From assembly GCF_018977255.1 (NCBI RefSeq), contig NW_024705369.1, positions 1 to 51,260 of the forward strand: DNA of 51,260 nt, given 5' to 3'. Source of the DNA: Callorhinchus milii. Lineage: Eukaryota. The notes under the pieces are model-generated. The model saw only the letters and a program-made list of their open reading frames with translations, was not told where the DNA came from and searched no databases. Within the stretch, counting starts at the first letter, position 1. Every line of letters starts with the position of its first letter. Made by a program: the position numbers and the translations under genes. Shown here piece after piece: positions 49,834 through 51,260 of this stretch.

Positions 49834-50057
49834 CTTTGGTTCTTTCGGTAAAGTCACGTAGGTATAAAATACATTAAATCACGGCATTTCGATTGCAACA
49901 CAAGCAATCATCATCAGGTGGCAAAACCACAGCAAGAAAAATGTGTTTGCTGAAGTGGGAGAGAGATGCCGTGGTTGATTGCTTGTTTTGCAATCGAAAC
50001 GCCGTGATTTAATTTATTTTATTTTATACATACGTGACTTTACGGAAAGAACCAAAG
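49834..50057. mobile_element. Inverted pair of Penelope-like termini with degenerate hammerheads
   Basis: 49834-49910 and 49976-50057 are near-perfect inverted repeats, and both contain GGTTCTTTC(G/C)GTAAAGTCACGTA as at 44489. The minus strand of 49880-49920 reads CAC CUGAUGA U GAUUGC UUGUGUU GCAAUC GAAA UGCC GUG. Confidence 0.8.
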
Positions 50058-50232
50058 GGTACTTTAGTTATAGGCATTAATCCACTGTTGAACGAGAGTC
50101 TCCCAAAAGCGTGGAGGGAGGTCTGCGCATGGAAGATTCGTTCATGACAATGCGTTGTCTGTCACATTTCATCTGAAAGCATTTAGTTGTTTCTGTGGCA
50201 GTGCCTGGAGAAGAGAGAGTACTTTCAAATAG

Positions 50233-50476
50233 ATCATCATCATCAGCCATGATCGATCTACTGCTGAATGAAGGCCTCCCAAAGCCTTCGCCATATCTCA
50301 TGGTCTTGCGACAATGCGATGTGTCAAGTTATGTGGCACGTGCAAGCACGAATTAGATTTCATCGCTCCATCTCCACGGGGATGTACTTTGTCAAGACAT
50401 TCCTTCGTTGGGCTGCAACTCCGACGTTCGTCTCGACAACTGGCCACCATCCCTGAAAGAGACGGTGTCCCGCCAA
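50233..50476 (-). mobile_element. RTE-clade LINE 3' remnant
   Basis: The minus strand across frameshifts gives LAGH...RDGGQLSRRTSELQPNEG...PWRWSDEI...SQDHEIWRRLWEAFIQQ*IDHG* plus a (TGA)n tail. This is a degenerate RTE C-terminus (WAGH...RWxDxI...WRxLGEAFxQQW). Confidence 0.8.
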
Positions 50477-51260
50477 AGCGACTCAAGGGACGGTCAACAT
50501 GATGTCCAGATTGGGACGCCTGCTGGCTGCGCTAACTGCGTACGATCGCGACGGCATGCAGGTCGATGTAGAGTGCGATATTCACGACCCCATCTCTGAG
50601 TGATCCACCAACACCACCTCCAAGTAACAGGCGTGCATCTCCACCACAGCTGATATGGCTTATTCCTAATTTCTATTGCACTCATTTCTAAAGGTTGGAC
50701 ATGCAAGGTTACGTTAAAAAAACAATGAAAACTAAAGGGTTAATTGGGGCTTGATTTCCAGAGATCAGCCCCTGGACAGTTCCAGCTGAAATTGTAAATA
50801 CTGCACGAGACAATCAAAATCAGAATATTTATACTGGATGAATCCCAGGAGCTACCCAGCTCTTTTCCCACAAATGTCGAGTAAAATCAAGTCCCCGGTC
50901 TCAGTTCCCCACGTTAGCGTCCCTTCTTCTCATCGCGTCTCTCCCTCCCTCCCATGCTGCCCTCCCCTTCCCCTCCTTCTCCCACCGCCCCCTCCGCCAC
51001 CTCCCCGCACGCTGCCGCTTCAGTCGTCACAAGGACCTGGCGTGCACTTGTGAACGCCTCTGTTGGTGCAATCACGGCCGAAGACCTCTTTAACTCTCCC
51101 CGAGCAATGATGTGCACGCACTCTCCTCGCCACCGACCACTCGGCAACGATGCACCACCGCGTCCATAGGATGGTGGCACAGACGACAGTGAGCGCGTAA
51201 CGCGCCCCGCTGGGATAATATATACAAGGAAGCCGACTTATAGAGGCAGTTGTTTAGACA

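Noticed and set aside
50900..51200. GC-rich, C-tract region as a possible promoter or 5'UTR exon of the RGS gene; Pro-rich ORFs
   Set aside because: There is no clear splice or homology evidence, and the ORFs reflect low complexity.

Overview
This is eukaryotic (vertebrate) DNA, probably lamprey-like, which is an inference from the repeat types and a GC-rich exon. It has three parts. (1) 1-877 is genomic sequence with a tRNA-derived V-domain-type SINE and a tandemly amplified SINE head, ending at a 30-N gap (878-907). (2) About 908-31708 is a ~30.8 kb block that reads like random or shuffled sequence: roughly even base usage, abundant CG and TA, no microsatellites, no copies of the flanking repeat families, and ORF lengths at chance level. 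I found no supportable gene or system in it. (3) About 31709-51260 is repeat-dense genomic DNA. It contains one recognisable coding exon, the first coding exon of an R7-family RGS gene (RGS7/RGS6-like, minus strand, MAQ...EESPNMLVYRK followed by GT). It also contains two tRNA-SINE families, RTE LINE 3' ends, MITE-like inverted repeats, a 5S rRNA relic, minisatellites, and Penelope-like termini carrying minimal type I hammerhead ribozymes with covarying stem II. The best-supported signals are the hammerheads, a SINE tail shared with the RTE LINE, two fold-back palindromes, and a 1-nt frame discrepancy in the RGS exon. I cannot support a new multi-gene system. All assessments are by eye; no searches were run.
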